A model generated the notes under the pieces. The model was given only the letters and a program-made list of their open reading frames with translations. It was not told where the DNA came from and did no database searches. The translations under genes were made by a program, and so were the position numbers. This document shows, one piece after another, positions 62,700 to 64,000 of a stretch of DNA of 64,000 nt. The DNA comes from Geosiphon pyriformis uo1 (lineage: Eukaryota > Fungi > Glomeromycota), in assembly GCA_016748015.1 (NCBI GenBank), contig JAAOMT010000607.1, forward strand, positions 186,001-250,000, in the 5' to 3' direction. Each line of letters starts with the position of its first letter. Position 1 is the stretch's first letter.

Positions 62700-64000
62700 T
62701 TCAAGAAATGGTGAATTTGGAAAAACCAACTTGGTTCAACACCAAATCCCCACTGGAGATGCCAGATCTGAAAAACAATGTGCTTACCGTGTCTCACCAA
62801 TGGAACATAATTTTATCAGAGAAGAAGTTCAAAGCATGTTGGAAAAAGGAATAATACAACCATCAATGAGTCTATGGTCCTCACCAGTTGTTTTAGTAAG
62901 GAAAAAGAACGGAAAAATTAGATTTTGCGTTGACTATCACAAAATAAACAGCAAAACAACCAAAGACTCATACCCAATACCATTAATTGACAAAATCTTT
63001 GACATTTTGGAGGAGCAAAATGGTTTTCTACACTGGACTTGACCAGTGGGTACTGGCAAGTGGAAATAGACCCAAAAGACAGACATAAAACAGCATTCAC
63101 AACACAAAATGGCAATTATGAGTTCAATGTAATGCCATTTGAATTAACAAACACTCCCGCGACATTCCAAAGACTAATGGACGTAATTTACTCCAGAATC
63201 CTGTGGCAATCCGTTGTTGTCTACTTGGATGATACAAATGTTTTCTTGGCAAAATTCATGGATTATCTCCAACATTTACAACAAGTTTTTGAGAGATTGA
63301 GACACGCTGGACTTAAACTAAATCTAGAAAAATGTTTCTTTGGGAAAAATGAGCTAGCATTTTTAGGACACGTAGTTGGAAAAGATGGAATAAAACCAGA
63401 TCCATTAAAAATAGACAAAGTAAAAAATTTTCCAGTATCTCAAAATGTTTCAGAAGTTAGAAGCTTTTTAGGACTCACATCTTACTACTGCCGCTTTGTA
63501 GAAAACTTTTCAAACATTGCCAAACCCCTTAATTACCTACTATCTAAAAATGTGAAGTTTGAATGGACTGAAGCACAACAAAAAGCTTTTGAGTACCTTA
63601 GACAAAAGCTCATTGAATCACCAATAATGATCTATCCGAATTTCAACAAGAAATTCATTTTGGCCACAGATGTCTCTAGAACTGGACTTGGAGCCATTCT
63701 GTTACAAAAAGATGATAATAGAAGAGAACGTATAATCACTTATGCCAGCAGAAGTTTCAGTACGGCAGAACAAAACTACGCAGCACATGAACTTGAATGC
63801 TTAGCAGTAGTTTGGAGTTGTGTTCACTTTGACACATATTTACAGTACCAATCCTTTGAGATTACGACAGATCATAGAGATTTGGTCTGGTTAAATAACA
63901 AGAAAGCACTAAAAAGAAAATATGCCAGATGGTCACAAATGTTAGCACCATACAATTATATTATCAAATACAAAGAAGGTACCAAAAATGCTAATGCTGA
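62700..64000 (+). pseudogene. pol: E10 reverse transcriptase and RNase H
   Basis: WSSPVVLV, RFCVDY, LDLTSGYWQ, YLDD at 63222-63233, LATD, NYAAHELECLAVVW, TDH; frameshift at ~63010. Confidence 0.95.

Larger units (their letters stand above)
57363..64000 (+). mobile_element. E10: least-decayed element, Ty3/Gypsy family C (runs off the window)
   Basis: LTR, PBS and gag-pol; retains many CpGs and long ORFs. Confidence 0.95.

Noticed and set aside
1661-63115. Many short antisense or LTR-internal ORFs in the track (e.g. 2123..2377, 9909..10190, 32769..33203, 59904..60248) as genes
   Set aside because: They are shadow frames of gag/pol or low-complexity LTR sequence, not conserved between copies and without motifs.

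Overview
AT-rich eukaryotic DNA that is almost entirely a nest of decayed Ty3/Gypsy (Metaviridae) LTR retrotransposons. It is probably from a Glomeromycota-type fungus; this is an inference from composition and protein style and is unverified. No host gene, RNA gene or CRISPR array is recognisable. Paired TGTTA...TAACA LTRs, PBS, PPT and 4-bp target-site duplications resolve 10 insertions (E1-E10) of four families (A, B, C, D), nested up to five deep: E1>E2>E3>E4>E5; E2>E6; E2>E7>E8>E9; E2>E10. One 1.23-kb TA-flanked TIR element sits inside an LTR. Families A/B/C share an unusual layout: Gag whose conserved N-terminal domain begins at AAAA-GTG-G rather than ATG, then protease, a ~200-aa Cys-rich domain, a dUTPase with all five motifs, a second degenerate dUTPase-like domain, RT and RNase H. 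Where the 3' end is in the window (A, B, D), integrase lacks a chromodomain and is followed by a non-Env ORF3. The A/B/C LTRs carry covarying RNA structures: a hairpin with a UGAUCA palindromic loop and a two-fold-symmetric helix. All copies are eroded by C>T/G>A transitions. An exact Nextera/Tn5 adapter at 46458-46476 marks an assembly artefact. Domain boundaries are approximate and were read by eye.
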